Shown: piece by piece, positions 1 to 9,723 of the stretch
Layout: each line of letters starts with the position of its first letter
How positions within the stretch are numbered: the stretch's first letter is position 1
NCBI GenBank assembly: GCA_040752415.1
Contig: JBFMGU010000004.1
Span: 29,134-93,133 of the forward strand
Length of the DNA: 64,000 nt
Direction of reading: 5' to 3'
Source of the DNA: Myxococcota bacterium
GTDB lineage: Bacteria > Myxococcota > JACRCW01
Program-made: the position numbers and the translations under genes
The notes under the pieces: generated by a model
The model's database searches: none
What the model was told of the DNA's origin: nothing
What the model saw: only the letters and a program-made list of their open reading frames with translations

Positions 1-33
1 CGGCGTGGTCGTCAGCACATAGGAGAACGCGCC

Positions 34-225
34 ATGACCCACCACCCGCATGCCGCCGCGGCCACCAACCCGGCCGAGTCCGTTGTCGACCCCGTGTGCG
101 GAGCGGAGGTCTCGCCGCGCACGTCCTTGAAGGTCACCTTCCAGGACCACACGTTCCAGTTCTGCTCCCCGAAATGCCGGGAACGGTTTGAGCGGGAGCC
201 GGAGAAGTTCGTGGGGTTTGCGTGA
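34..225 (+). CDS. YHS-domain small protein (heavy-metal-associated)
   Basis: DPVCGAEV...FQFCSPKCRERFEREPEKF is the YHS pattern; AGGAGA RBS upstream. Confidence 0.85.
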   Translation: MTHHPHAAAATNPAESVVDPVCGAEVSPRTSLKVTFQDHTFQFCSPKCRERFEREPEKFVGFA

Positions 226-567
226 CGGTGCGCGATGAAGCAAGGACCGCCATTCCCTGCACACACCATTCTTCCACGTGGCTGCTTCTTGCGGTTTAGT
301 GTTGCGAGACTGTCACAGACTACGCAACCAATGGCAGAGCTTCCGCTGCGAGCGGGGGTGCTCTCGGGTAACTCATGGTGCACAAGCCTGTTCGGGAAAA
401 CCCCAGGGAGGTCGTCAAAGCCGGCAATGGTGGCGTCGGAGGACCGGGCGTGATGTCATCCGCTGGCTCAAGCGTGAACCTCATCGGTCCGCCGCGCTTC
501 CGTAGGAAGTGGTGCTGCAGCGAGGGGGTGGGACGCCAAGCCCGCGGACGAGTGAGCACGTAAGGTC

Positions 568-1980
568 GTGGAAGGGGCGGAGATGCAGGAGTCTCTGGAG
601 CGGTTGCCAGCGGGAACCGAAGCACTGGCGAGCTTCATGGAAGCCGCGCCCGACGCCATCGTGGTCGTGGACTCGCGCGGGTGCATCCGGATGGTGAACC
701 GGCTCGTCGAGCGGATGTTCGGGTACACGCGCGAGGAGCTGTTGGGGCAGCGCGTGGAGACGCTCATCCCCGAGCGCTACCGAAAGGCGCACGAGGAGCA
801 CCGCACGGGCTACGTCCACGCCCCGCGCACCCGCCCCATGGGCGAGCGCCAGGTGCTCTCCGGTCGTCGGAAGAACGGCAGGGAGTTCCCGGTGGAAATC
901 AGCCTGAGTCCGCTCCGGACCGAGGCGGGGCTCCTGGTCATCAGCATCATCCGCGACACCACGGAGCGAACTCAGGCGGAAGCCAAGTTCCGTGGTCTCC
1001 TGGAGTCCGCGCCCGACGGCATCGTGGTGGTGAACGCCCAGGGACTCATCACCATCGTCAACACGCAGACCGAGCGCATGTTTGGGTACTCTCGCGACGA
1101 GCTTCTGGGGCAGCCCGTGGAGATCCTCGTCCCGGAGCGCTTCCGGGAGATGCATCCGCGATACCGCCACGGCTACTTCGAGGAGCCACGCACGCGTCCC
1201 ATGGGCGAGGGTCGGATGCTCACCGGTCGCAAGCGCGACGGCACCGAGTTCCCTGTGGAGATCAGCCTCAGCCCGCTGGTGACGGAAGAAGGCACGTTGG
1301 TCACCGGGATCATTCGCGACATCTCCGAGCGCCGTCGCGTGGAGGAACAGCTTCGCGCTTCGCTCCGAGAAAAGGAGGTGCTGCTCAAAGAGATCCACCA
1401 CCGCGTCAAGAACAACCTGCAGGTCACCTCCAGCCTCCTGAAGCTGCAGTCGTCGTACATTGCGGATCAGCAGGCTCGGGAGATCTTCTCGGAGAGCCAG
1501 AACCGCATCCGCTCCATGGCGCTGGTGCATGAGAAGCTCTACCAGTCACGGGACCTCTCCCGCGTGGACCTCAACGAGTACACGCGCAGCCTGGCTGCGC
1601 TGCTCTTCCGTTCTTACGGCACGGACCCTGCACGGGTCTCTTTGCGCCTGGAGGGTGAGCCCATCTTGCTGACGATTGATACCGCGGTGCCCTGTGGCCT
1701 CATCCTCAACGAGCTGCTGTCCAATTGCCTGAAGCACGCGTTTCCCGACGGGCGCAATGGCACCGTCACCGTCCGCGTGGGCTCGCCGGCCGGCGGGCGC
1801 CACCAGCTTGAGGTCCGGGATGACGGCGTGGGACTACCGCCTGGTTTCGACGTCAAGAAGGTGGAGAGCCTGGGGCTGCAGCTGGTCAACACGCTGGTGG
1901 AACAGATCCACGGTCACCTGGAGGTGGATGTGGCGGGTGGGACGGCGTTCCGTGTCCGGTTCTCCGAGGTGAAGGCATGA
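568..1980 (+). CDS. PAS-PAS sensor histidine kinase (HisKA_2 type)
   Basis: Two tandem PAS repeats; KEIHHRVKNNLQ H-box; NCLKHAF and DDGVG ATPase motifs; start may be ATG 583. Confidence 0.92.
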   Translation: MEGAEMQESLERLPAGTEALASFMEAAPDAIVVVDSRGCIRMVNRLVERMFGYTREELLGQRVETLIPERYRKAHEEHRTGYVHAPRTRPMGERQVLSGRRKNGREFPVEISLSPLRTEAGLLVISIIRDTTERTQAEAKFRGLLESAPDGIVVVNAQGLITIVNTQTERMFGYSRDELLGQPVEILVPERFREMHPRYRHGYFEEPRTRPMGEGRMLTGRKRDGTEFPVEISLSPLVTEEGTLVTGIIRDISERRRVEEQLRASLREKEVLLKEIHHRVKNNLQVTSSLLKLQSSYIADQQAREIFSESQNRIRSMALVHEKLYQSRDLSRVDLNEYTRSLAALLFRSYGTDPARVSLRLEGEPILLTIDTAVPCGLILNELLSNCLKHAFPDGRNGTVTVRVGSPAGGRHQLEVRDDGVGLPPGFDVKKVESLGLQLVNTLVEQIHGHLEVDVAGGTAFRVRFSEVKA

Positions 1981-3176
1981 GGTCTCACCTGCAAGCGCGG
2001 CGCCCGCCCGTCTCCCCACGGGTCCTCATCGTCGAGGACGAGGGGATTGTGGCCAAGGACATCGAGCACACGCTCAAGGGCCTGGGTTACGTGGTGGTGG
2101 GAACCGCCGCTACGGAAGAGGACGCCGTCCACAAGGCGGAGGAAACCAACCCGGACATCGTCCTCATGGACATCAAGCTGCGCGACGACGGAGACGGAAT
2201 CCGCGCCGCGGCGGAGATCCGTCGGCGCCAGGACGTCCCGGTGGTGTTCCTCACCGCGTATGCTGACGAGAGCACGCTGCAGCGCGCGCAGACCACGGGG
2301 GCCTTTGGCTACGTGCTCAAGCCCTTCGAGGACCGCGAGCTGCACGTGGCCATTGTGATGGCGATGTGCAAACACCGCGCAATGGATGAGCTGGAGCAGC
2401 GCGTGGCGGATCGGACCGCGGCGCTGGCGAACGCGGTGCGACTCCGCGACGAGTTCATGCTGGTGGCGGCCCATGAGCTGCGCACGCCGCTCACCGGTCT
2501 GCTGTTGAACCTGGAGAGCCTGGTGCAAAGCCTCTCACGCGGGGAGGAGCGGCTGGTCAACCGGGAGCGTGCGCTCAAGAAGTCGGTCAGCGCCGCGGCC
2601 CAGGCCCGGCGACTCAGCATCCTGGTGGAGCGCATCCTGGACGTGACCGGGTTGGCGTCGGAAAAGCTTGCCCTGCAGTTGGGGGAATGTGACCTGGGCC
2701 AGATGGCGTCGGAGGTGGTGGACGGCATGCGGGAGCAGGCGCGCGCGACGGGGTGTGAGCTGCTCCTGCGGGTTGCCGGCGAGAACACGGGAACGTTCGA
2801 CCGGGCGCGCATGCAGCAGGTGCTCACCGCGTTGATTGCCAACGCGCTCAAGTACGGAGCCGGCAAGCCGGTGGAAGTCGCCGTGACGGGAGAAAGTGAC
2901 TCCATCCGGCTCAGCGTCAGCGATCAAGGCATTGGCCTCCGCGCCGAGGACGCGGAGCGGATCTTCGGGCGTTTCGAGCGCGTTGCGGCGAGGGTCAACT
3001 ATGCCGGGCTGGGAATTGGGCTGTTCGTGGCGCGCCGTATTGTGGATGCGCACCATGGACACATTGAGGTTCAATCGGCGCCGGACAAGGGGGCGACCTT
3101 CGTTGTGACCCTGCCGCGGGAGGCCCGTGACAGCGCGGCCTGCAGTGACCGGGAGGTCGCCCATGGCCGGCCCTGA
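1977..3176 (+). CDS. Hybrid REC-HisKA-HATPase kinase
   Basis: N-terminal receiver (VEDE, LMDI, KP); AHELRTPL; NALKY; GLGIGL; ATGA overlap with previous gene. Confidence 0.92.
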   Translation: MRSHLQARRPPVSPRVLIVEDEGIVAKDIEHTLKGLGYVVVGTAATEEDAVHKAEETNPDIVLMDIKLRDDGDGIRAAAEIRRRQDVPVVFLTAYADESTLQRAQTTGAFGYVLKPFEDRELHVAIVMAMCKHRAMDELEQRVADRTAALANAVRLRDEFMLVAAHELRTPLTGLLLNLESLVQSLSRGEERLVNRERALKKSVSAAAQARRLSILVERILDVTGLASEKLALQLGECDLGQMASEVVDGMREQARATGCELLLRVAGENTGTFDRARMQQVLTALIANALKYGAGKPVEVAVTGESDSIRLSVSDQGIGLRAEDAERIFGRFERVAARVNYAGLGIGLFVARRIVDAHHGHIEVQSAPDKGATFVVTLPREARDSAACSDREVAHGRP

Positions 3177-3561
3177 ACGGGACAGCTTTACCGTGCTTGT
3201 CGTCGAGGATGACGAGGAGCTCCGTGAGACCGTGAACGAGGTACTGAGGGAGAACGGCTTCCAGGTCCAAGGCGCCAGCAACGGCCGAGAGGCGCTGGAC
3301 TGGCTGAAGAGCCATGCGTCGGATCGCGTCTGCCTCATCCTGCTGGACGTCATGATGCCGATCATGGACGGCCGCGGATTCCGACTGGCCCAGCTTGCGG
3401 ATCCGGAGCTGGCGCCCATCCCGGTGGTCCTGTTCTCCGCGCACCAGGACGTGGCCCAAATGGCAGCTGAGCTCAGGGTGACGGACTTCATCGTCAAGCC
3501 GCCCAGGCTCGACCGATTGCTGGACACCGTGGCCAAGCACTGCCCCTGCATGGAGTGTTGA
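3163..3561 (+). CDS. Single-domain response regulator (receiver)
   Basis: VVEDD, LLDVMMP, FSA and VKP motifs; start ATG 3163 chosen (overlaps upstream stop). Confidence 0.9.
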   Translation: MAGPERDSFTVLVVEDDEELRETVNEVLRENGFQVQGASNGREALDWLKSHASDRVCLILLDVMMPIMDGRGFRLAQLADPELAPIPVVLFSAHQDVAQMAAELRVTDFIVKPPRLDRLLDTVAKHCPCMEC

Positions 3562-4167
3562 GCCGGGTGCTGCACCTCCTGACATGGCGGCAAAGCACTC
3601 TTCGTGCTCGGGGTGTTGGCGAGGCGTGGCGTCGGCATAGCGCAGGTCCACGCACGGGTCCGGGAACGGGGAGTGGCTCGGCGTAGGGCACCCTGCACCC
3701 TATGCGACCATGGTTGCCGTCGTGAGGACGAGACACCTGGGCCACTCGAAGCGCCACTTCATTGAGCGCTCTTGCCGGGCCTATCACCAACGCACGCCGC
3801 GCCCACACGCCCGATGATGCGCACACTCGGCGTCGCGGCTAATCGACGGTTGCCGATTCAGGTCCGCGACAGGGCTAATCCGTCCCGGTGGCGCGGCCGA
3901 ACCACCACGCAAGGAAGTTGGCCCGAGCGAAGAGGTGCAACCCCGAAGAGAAACGTGTGCTCCGCCTGAACAAGAGATTCGTGATGACGTCATGTCGTAT
4001 TATTGCGTATTATTGCGTCCCGAAACCTGCTGGTGGAGCAGTGCGCGGCGAATCTCGCCCCTAAAGGGCGGGCACCCCGGAATCGGATGTCCGAAGTGGT
4101 CGCCGCGCGGGGCCACGCGTGCGCAGATCTCGAGTGGTGCGCGCGCATACATCAAGGAGGGGCATGG

Positions 4168-5733
4168 ATGCGCCGAATGGACGATGGGGAGAAAGGCATG
4201 AGCGTGGTCCCATCCCACACCTCCATCGCGAGCCTCACCCGCGCAAAGCGTGCGCTGATCCTGCTCGCGGCCTTTGCCGTCCAGCTTTCTGGGATGTGGG
4301 CGGGGCACGAGGTCATGGGGGAGGGTGTTGGTGCCCTGGTGGGACTTCCGGTGGCCGCCGCGGTGCTGCTGTGTGGCTACCGAGCGGGCCTGGTGGCCTT
4401 GGTGGTCGCGCCGCTCCTGAGCGCATCGTTCCTGACCGCGAGCGGGTATCCACTCACGCAGCTTGGCGTCCAACTGCCGGGCCTCTTCGTTGGCTTCATG
4501 GTGGTCGTGGGGGTCCACCACATCCAGGCCACCGCGGCGAAGTTGCACGCGAGCAAGGCACGGTTGAAGGCGGTGTTGGGCTGCTCGCGCGGTGCGGTCT
4601 TCGAGTTTGACGAAAACGGGCGCTATCTGAGCGTGTGGACCGACAACGAAGGGGTACTGGCGAAGCCGCGAGAAGAAGTGGTGGGGAGGACAATCACCGA
4701 GCTCATACCCGGTCCCCAGGCCGAGGAGTTCATGGACCTCGTGAGGAAGGCCTTTGAAACCGGCGGCCCGGTGTCCCTCGAGTACCCGCTCACCGTGATC
4801 GGCGGTGACCGCTGGTTTCTCGCGGACGCTTTCCGCCTGCCATCCGACGATGGCTCCGGTGCCACCGTCGCATGCGTGGTGCGGGACATCACTGAGCGGA
4901 AGCGCCTCATGAGCCAGGCCGTGCTCGCGGACCGCGTCGACGGGTTGGGAATGACGGCGGCCTCGGTCGCGCACGAGCTGAACAACCCCTTGGCCTACAT
5001 CCACGCGAACATGACCTACGCCATGGAAGAGCTCCGCGCGAGCAGCTCCGCGGACCACGAGCACACCGAAGTCCTCCAGGCACTGAAGGAGGCCTGCGAG
5101 GGTGTTCAGAGGGCGGAGTCCATTGTGCGTGACCTGAGGAACTTCAGCCGGGATGACGTCGTGGCAACGGACGTGGACGTGGGCAGCGTCATGGCGACGG
5201 CGCTCCGGATGGCGTCCAGGCAGATTCTCGCGCGCGCGACCGTCTCCAGGGACATCAGGGAGGTGCCGCCCGTGCGCGGGAGCCCCGCCCGCCTGGGCCA
5301 GGTGTTCCTCAACCTGCTCACGAATGCGGCACAGGCAATCCCCGAAGGCAACCCGAAGGACCACGAAGTGGCCGTGCGGATCACTGCCGCAGGGGATTCG
5401 GTGCTTGTGGAGGTTCGCGACACCGGGTCGGGCGTCCCGCCGGAGCTGCGACATAGGATCTTTGACCCCTTCTTCACGACGAAACCCGCGGGAGTGGGCA
5501 CCGGGCTCGGGCTGTTCGTGTCGGAGCGGATTGTGGAGGAGATGGGCGGGCGCCTGGAGGTGGAGTCCCCCGGAAGGGGGGCCGTGTTCAGGGTGGTGCT
5601 GCCGGTCTGCGGCGACGGCGTGCGGGCCACTGGCGGGGAGGCTGGGAATTCGCAGCATGGGGGGACCCTGCGTCGGGCCTCCCCAGAGGTACACCACACT
5701 GATGTGGACTCGGTGCCGCGAGAGCGCGCTTGA
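4168..5733 (+). CDS. Membrane-bound PAS sensor histidine kinase
   Basis: N-terminal hydrophobic helices, PAS, AHELNNPL, NLLTNA, FFTTKP, GTGLGL; AAGGAGG 7 nt before in-frame ATG 4168. Confidence 0.88.
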   Translation: MRRMDDGEKGMSVVPSHTSIASLTRAKRALILLAAFAVQLSGMWAGHEVMGEGVGALVGLPVAAAVLLCGYRAGLVALVVAPLLSASFLTASGYPLTQLGVQLPGLFVGFMVVVGVHHIQATAAKLHASKARLKAVLGCSRGAVFEFDENGRYLSVWTDNEGVLAKPREEVVGRTITELIPGPQAEEFMDLVRKAFETGGPVSLEYPLTVIGGDRWFLADAFRLPSDDGSGATVACVVRDITERKRLMSQAVLADRVDGLGMTAASVAHELNNPLAYIHANMTYAMEELRASSSADHEHTEVLQALKEACEGVQRAESIVRDLRNFSRDDVVATDVDVGSVMATALRMASRQILARATVSRDIREVPPVRGSPARLGQVFLNLLTNAAQAIPEGNPKDHEVAVRITAAGDSVLVEVRDTGSGVPPELRHRIFDPFFTTKPAGVGTGLGLFVSERIVEEMGGRLEVESPGRGAVFRVVLPVCGDGVRATGGEAGNSQHGGTLRRASPEVHHTDVDSVPRERA

Positions 5734-5796
5734 GTATCTGCTTGGCTCGAGAGTTGTCCGGGTGGAGCCAGGGGCCACGTCTCAAAGGGGGGGCAG

Positions 5797-6942
5797 ATGA
5801 CAGCGCAACCTTCCGCCACGGAGGTCCCGTTCTACGGGATAGGCACCACCACCGCGCACGACGCCAGGCATGCCGTTGATGAGCTCAGGGAGCAGCTCCC
5901 AACCCATGACCTTTCCGGCATCCTCTTCTTCTGCTCCTCCCAGTACGACCTCGAGAAACTGGGACGGGAAATCCAGGGGGCCTTCCCGTGCCCGGTGGTG
6001 GGCTGCACAAGCTCAGGGCAGATTGGGCCCAAGGGCTTCCAGAAATGTGGCATCGCCGCCCTGGGCTTTCGCCGGAACGTGGTGCAACTGGAGCCGCACC
6101 TCATCTCTCCGCTTGGCGCTTGTGAGGACCTGGTTGTTCCGCTGGCCAGCAAGGTGGCCCCTGCCCAGACGGGCGCGCGCGTGTTTGGACTGATTCTCGT
6201 CGACGGTCTTGCCCTGATGGAGGAGCGTCTGGCCGCCGCGCTCTATCGGTCCGTGGGGGATGTCCCGATCATCGGCGGATCCGCGGGCGATGACCTGAAG
6301 TTCGAGCGCACCGCGGTCTACCACGAGGGCCGTTTCCAGTCCGACGCGGCGCTGTTCGTGGTGTGTCGGACGGCGCGGCGTTTCACGGCGTTCAAGCTCC
6401 AGCACTTCATCCCGTCGGAGACGCTGCTGGTGATCACGGCCGCGGAGCCCCGGACCCGCACGGTGAAGGAGATCAACGGCGAGCCCGCGGTGCGAGCCTA
6501 TTCCCGCGCCATCGGGGTGCAGGTGAGCGAGCTGGATGCCAACGTGTTCTCGGCCCATCCCCTCGTGCTGGAGCTTGGGGGTGACGCGTATGTGCGGTCC
6601 ATTGCACGCGCGAACGCCGACGGAAGCCTGACCATGTTCTGCGCCATTGATGAGGGCCTGGTGCTCTCGGCGGCAAGGTCCCTGGACCCGGCGAAGTGCT
6701 TTGAGCGCGCCCTGGACAACGTGGCACACCAGATCGGCCCGCCGGAGCTCGTGATCGGGTGTGACTGCATCCTTCGTCGCCTGGAGCTGGAGCACAGGGG
6801 GCTTGACGGTCAGCTTGGGCAGCTCCTTTCCCGTCACAGGGTTTTCGGATTCTCGACCTATGGAGAACAATTCAACGCCGTCCACGTGAACCAGACTTTC
6901 ACCGGCGTGGCGTTGGGAGCGGATGATGCGCGGGCGAAATGA
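5797..6942 (+). CDS. nosP: FIST N/C domain protein, NosP-like NO/heme sensor
   Basis: GCTSSGQI, IGGSAGDDL, GCDCILRRLE and GFSTYGEQF...HVNQT are the NosP/FIST signature; coupled to a downstream kinase. Confidence 0.85.
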   Translation: MTAQPSATEVPFYGIGTTTAHDARHAVDELREQLPTHDLSGILFFCSSQYDLEKLGREIQGAFPCPVVGCTSSGQIGPKGFQKCGIAALGFRRNVVQLEPHLISPLGACEDLVVPLASKVAPAQTGARVFGLILVDGLALMEERLAAALYRSVGDVPIIGGSAGDDLKFERTAVYHEGRFQSDAALFVVCRTARRFTAFKLQHFIPSETLLVITAAEPRTRTVKEINGEPAVRAYSRAIGVQVSELDANVFSAHPLVLELGGDAYVRSIARANADGSLTMFCAIDEGLVLSAARSLDPAKCFERALDNVAHQIGPPELVIGCDCILRRLELEHRGLDGQLGQLLSRHRVFGFSTYGEQFNAVHVNQTFTGVALGADDARAK

Positions 6943-7999
6943 CAGGGTGATGGACCTGGAAGAGCAGCTGCGCGCGGCGCACAAGACGCTGGACGCGTTG
7001 ATCCGACGCAACCTGCGTGAACAGGTCGACGGCACCTTCCAGGTCCTGGAGCAGAACACCGCGCTGCAGCGCGTGGTGGCGCGGAAGACGATGGAGCTGG
7101 AGGAGCAACGCGCGAAACTGGCCGACGCGCTCGAGGAGCTGAAACGAACCCAGTCGCGGTTGCTCCATTCACAGAAGATGGAGGCGGTGGGCCAGCTGGC
7201 GGCAGGGGTTGCGCACGAAATCAACACTCCGGCGCAGTTTGTCAGCGACAACGTCCATTACCTGCGCACCGCGTTCGCTGACATCATTCCGGTGCTGGAC
7301 GCGCTGACCAACGTCATGTGCGACGCGCGCCAGGGCCGCGTCCTCCCCGAGACCCTGCGCCGCGCGGAGGAGGCGTTGCGCGTGGCAGGAATCGAGTCAT
7401 TGCTCACCGAGATCCCGGACGCGCTGGACCAGTGCGTGGAGGGGCTCAGCCGCATCTCGTCGATTGTCCGGGCCATGAAAGGGCTCTCCCACTCCCAGGG
7501 CCGCAAGGAGCACGTCAATGTCCATGACGTGATCACCTCCACCGTTGCCATCACGCGGAACGAGTGGAAGTACGTTGCTGACGTGGAGCTGGACCTGCAC
7601 CACGCGATGCCCCTGGTCCCCGCTGCGCCGGTGGAGCTCAACCAGGTCCTCCTCAACCTCGTGGTCAACGCGGCGCATGCCGTGTCCGACGCGACGGACC
7701 GCGGAACGAATGGGAAGGGACTGATCACCATCAAGACCCTGGTCCACTCCGACGTCGCGGAGATCCGTGTGCAGGACACCGGCACCGGGATCCCGGAGTC
7801 CATTCGCGGACGCATCTTCGAGCCGTTCTTCACCACCAAGGCCGTGGGGCAGGGCACCGGGCAGGGGCTGGCCATCGCGTACGCCATCGTCGTCAAGAAC
7901 CATGGGGGGCACATCACGTTTGAGACCGAGGTTGGACGAGGCACCACGTTCATCGTCCAGTTGCCACTTACCGCGGCGCCTGAAGCGAAGACTTCGTGA
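6923..7999 (+). CDS. Sensorless histidine kinase, likely FIST/NosP partner
   Basis: Coiled coil, [31 protein letters not shown]; overlaps the FIST gene. Confidence 0.88.
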   Translation: MMRGRNDRVMDLEEQLRAAHKTLDALIRRNLREQVDGTFQVLEQNTALQRVVARKTMELEEQRAKLADALEELKRTQSRLLHSQKMEAVGQLAAGVAHEINTPAQFVSDNVHYLRTAFADIIPVLDALTNVMCDARQGRVLPETLRRAEEALRVAGIESLLTEIPDALDQCVEGLSRISSIVRAMKGLSHSQGRKEHVNVHDVITSTVAITRNEWKYVADVELDLHHAMPLVPAAPVELNQVLLNLVVNAAHAVSDATDRGTNGKGLITIKTLVHSDVAEIRVQDTGTGIPESIRGRIFEPFFTTKAVGQGTGQGLAIAYAIVVKNHGGHITFETEVGRGTTFIVQLPLTAAPEAKTS

Positions 8000-8196
8000 C
8001 ACCCTGGGGCGTGCTGGGGAACCGGGCACGGTTCGTGACGCCAGGTGACGTGGCCTGCAGCGCTCCCTGGGTGACTGCCGCGCTCCCGGGGTGCGCGAAA
8101 AGGCGACGCCCTGGCCAGAGGTGCGACGCTGCCGCCCATGGTGGCGGGTCATCCCCTGAGCGGGCGGCGGAAACCCGTGCGCAACATCAGAAACCC

Positions 8197-8222
8197 ATTG
8201 AACGCGGAAAAGAGCGTTCAAT
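8197..8222. promoter_or_regulatory. Candidate operator, palindrome ATTGAACGC-N8-GCGTTCAAT
   Basis: Perfect 9-bp inverted repeat in an AT-richer patch directly before the 8223/8494 genes. Confidence 0.45.
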
Positions 8223-8471
8223 ATGATGTCCGCGGGACGGGGGGAGCAGGTGCCGATGAGCAAGCTCCACACGATCACCCGATACGTCGAGGAGAAGCGG
8301 ACGTCCTTCACGGTGTCGCGTCTGATCATGATGACGGGCGTCAAGCTGCGGGAGTACACGCCCAGCAGTCTTGACGACGTCAACGCGCTGAAGAAGGTTG
8401 AGCAGGCATTGCCCGCGTTGCTTGAACCGCGGGAGCTCGAAGAGCTCAAGCACCTCTTGCTGAAGGCATGA
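8223..8471 (+). CDS. Small hypothetical helical protein
   Basis: Coding-like codon usage; GGAG precedes ATG 8256 (likely true start); sits just before the FIST gene. Confidence 0.6.
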   Translation: MMSAGRGEQVPMSKLHTITRYVEEKRTSFTVSRLIMMTGVKLREYTPSSLDDVNALKKVEQALPALLEPRELEELKHLLLKA

Positions 8472-8493
8472 CGCAGAAACCGGAGAAGACACG

Positions 8494-9684
8494 ATGACCA
8501 ACCTGATTGCTGGGATGGGTACTTCCACGTCTGCCAACACCGCTTCCGCCGTGGGGGAAGCCGTGGCCCAGGCGCTCAAGGGCATGAACGGTCACGCGGC
8601 CCAGCTCGCGTTCGTGACCTGCACCGTCGAGCACAAGGCCGAGGAGGTCCACCGGGCCGTGCGCGAGAAGTTGAAGGACGTGCCGGTGCACGGCATCACC
8701 ACGTCGCTCGGCGTGTTGGGAACCCACGGCGTGGCCAGCGGAGGGCACGGCGCGGTGGGCATCCTGCTGTTCGCCGGGGTTGACGGCGTGACGGTGGGGG
8801 CGGGGCACGCTCGGATCGACGGGGATGGACGTGCGGCGGGTCGCAAGGCGGCGGAGATGCTGTTGGCGCGCACGGGAGGCGCACGGCCGGCGGTGGTGTT
8901 GTTCAACGCGTCGCCGGGCCTGGAAGAGGACGTCCTGGCCGGGGTGGCGGAAGTGCTTCCCGACGTTCCGGTGCACGGCGGCAGCGCCGCGGACAACGCC
9001 ATTGCCGGTGAGTGGAGTGTGTTCACCTCGGAGGGGCCCATCTCCAACGGCGTGTCCCTGGCGGGAATCTGCGGTCCCGTGCGCAAGGGTGCGAGCTTCC
9101 TGGCACCGTTCACTGTGACCGAGAAGAAGCTGAAGGTCACCAGCACCGCGGGACGCACCATCGAGAGCCTGGACGGCCGCCCTGCAGGGGTGGTGCTGGG
9201 CGAGCTGCTGGGCGACGCCATCCGGTTCCAGGTTGCGGAAGGCGGGAACGTGCTGGCGCAGACGTCGCTGCACCCCCTGGGACTCCAGAAGTCCGACGCG
9301 CACTACCTGACGCTGCATCCCGCCCACATCCACGCGGGCGACAAGAAGCTGGATGTGTTTGCGCGGGTGTCCGCGGGAGACCAGCTGTGCCTCATGCAGG
9401 GAAGCGAGGATGGGCTGCTGGAGGCGTTGTCGCTCCTGGTGGACAGCGCGCTCTCCGACGGCGGAATGAAAGGCAGCGACGTCAAGGCTGGCGTGCTCAT
9501 CTACTGCGCAGGCTGCGCAGGGACCGTGGGCGGAAAGCTGGGCGACGCGCTGAAGCAGCACCTGGCCCCGCGGCTGGGCGGTGCGCCGGTTCTCGGGTTG
9601 TGCACGTTTGGTGAGCAGGGCAACGTGCGCGGCGTGGGGAACATCCACCAGAACCTCACGTTGGGACTCCTGCTGCTCGGGTGA
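8494..9684 (+). CDS. FIST domain signal transduction protein
   Basis: HGITTS, HGGSAADN, IYCAGC and LGLCTFGEQG...HQNLT; GGAGA RBS. Confidence 0.87.
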   Translation: MTNLIAGMGTSTSANTASAVGEAVAQALKGMNGHAAQLAFVTCTVEHKAEEVHRAVREKLKDVPVHGITTSLGVLGTHGVASGGHGAVGILLFAGVDGVTVGAGHARIDGDGRAAGRKAAEMLLARTGGARPAVVLFNASPGLEEDVLAGVAEVLPDVPVHGGSAADNAIAGEWSVFTSEGPISNGVSLAGICGPVRKGASFLAPFTVTEKKLKVTSTAGRTIESLDGRPAGVVLGELLGDAIRFQVAEGGNVLAQTSLHPLGLQKSDAHYLTLHPAHIHAGDKKLDVFARVSAGDQLCLMQGSEDGLLEALSLLVDSALSDGGMKGSDVKAGVLIYCAGCAGTVGGKLGDALKQHLAPRLGGAPVLGLCTFGEQGNVRGVGNIHQNLTLGLLLLG

Positions 9685-9723
9685 CGTCGGGGCACCCGCG
9701 GAGAGCCCGCGTGGTGGAGCCCG

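Noticed and set aside
385..430. c-di-GMP-I (GEMM) riboswitch-like words GGAAAACC...CAAAGCC upstream of the first kinase
   Set aside because: The expected GNRA-capped P2 stem and spacing are not present; a covariance-model search would be needed
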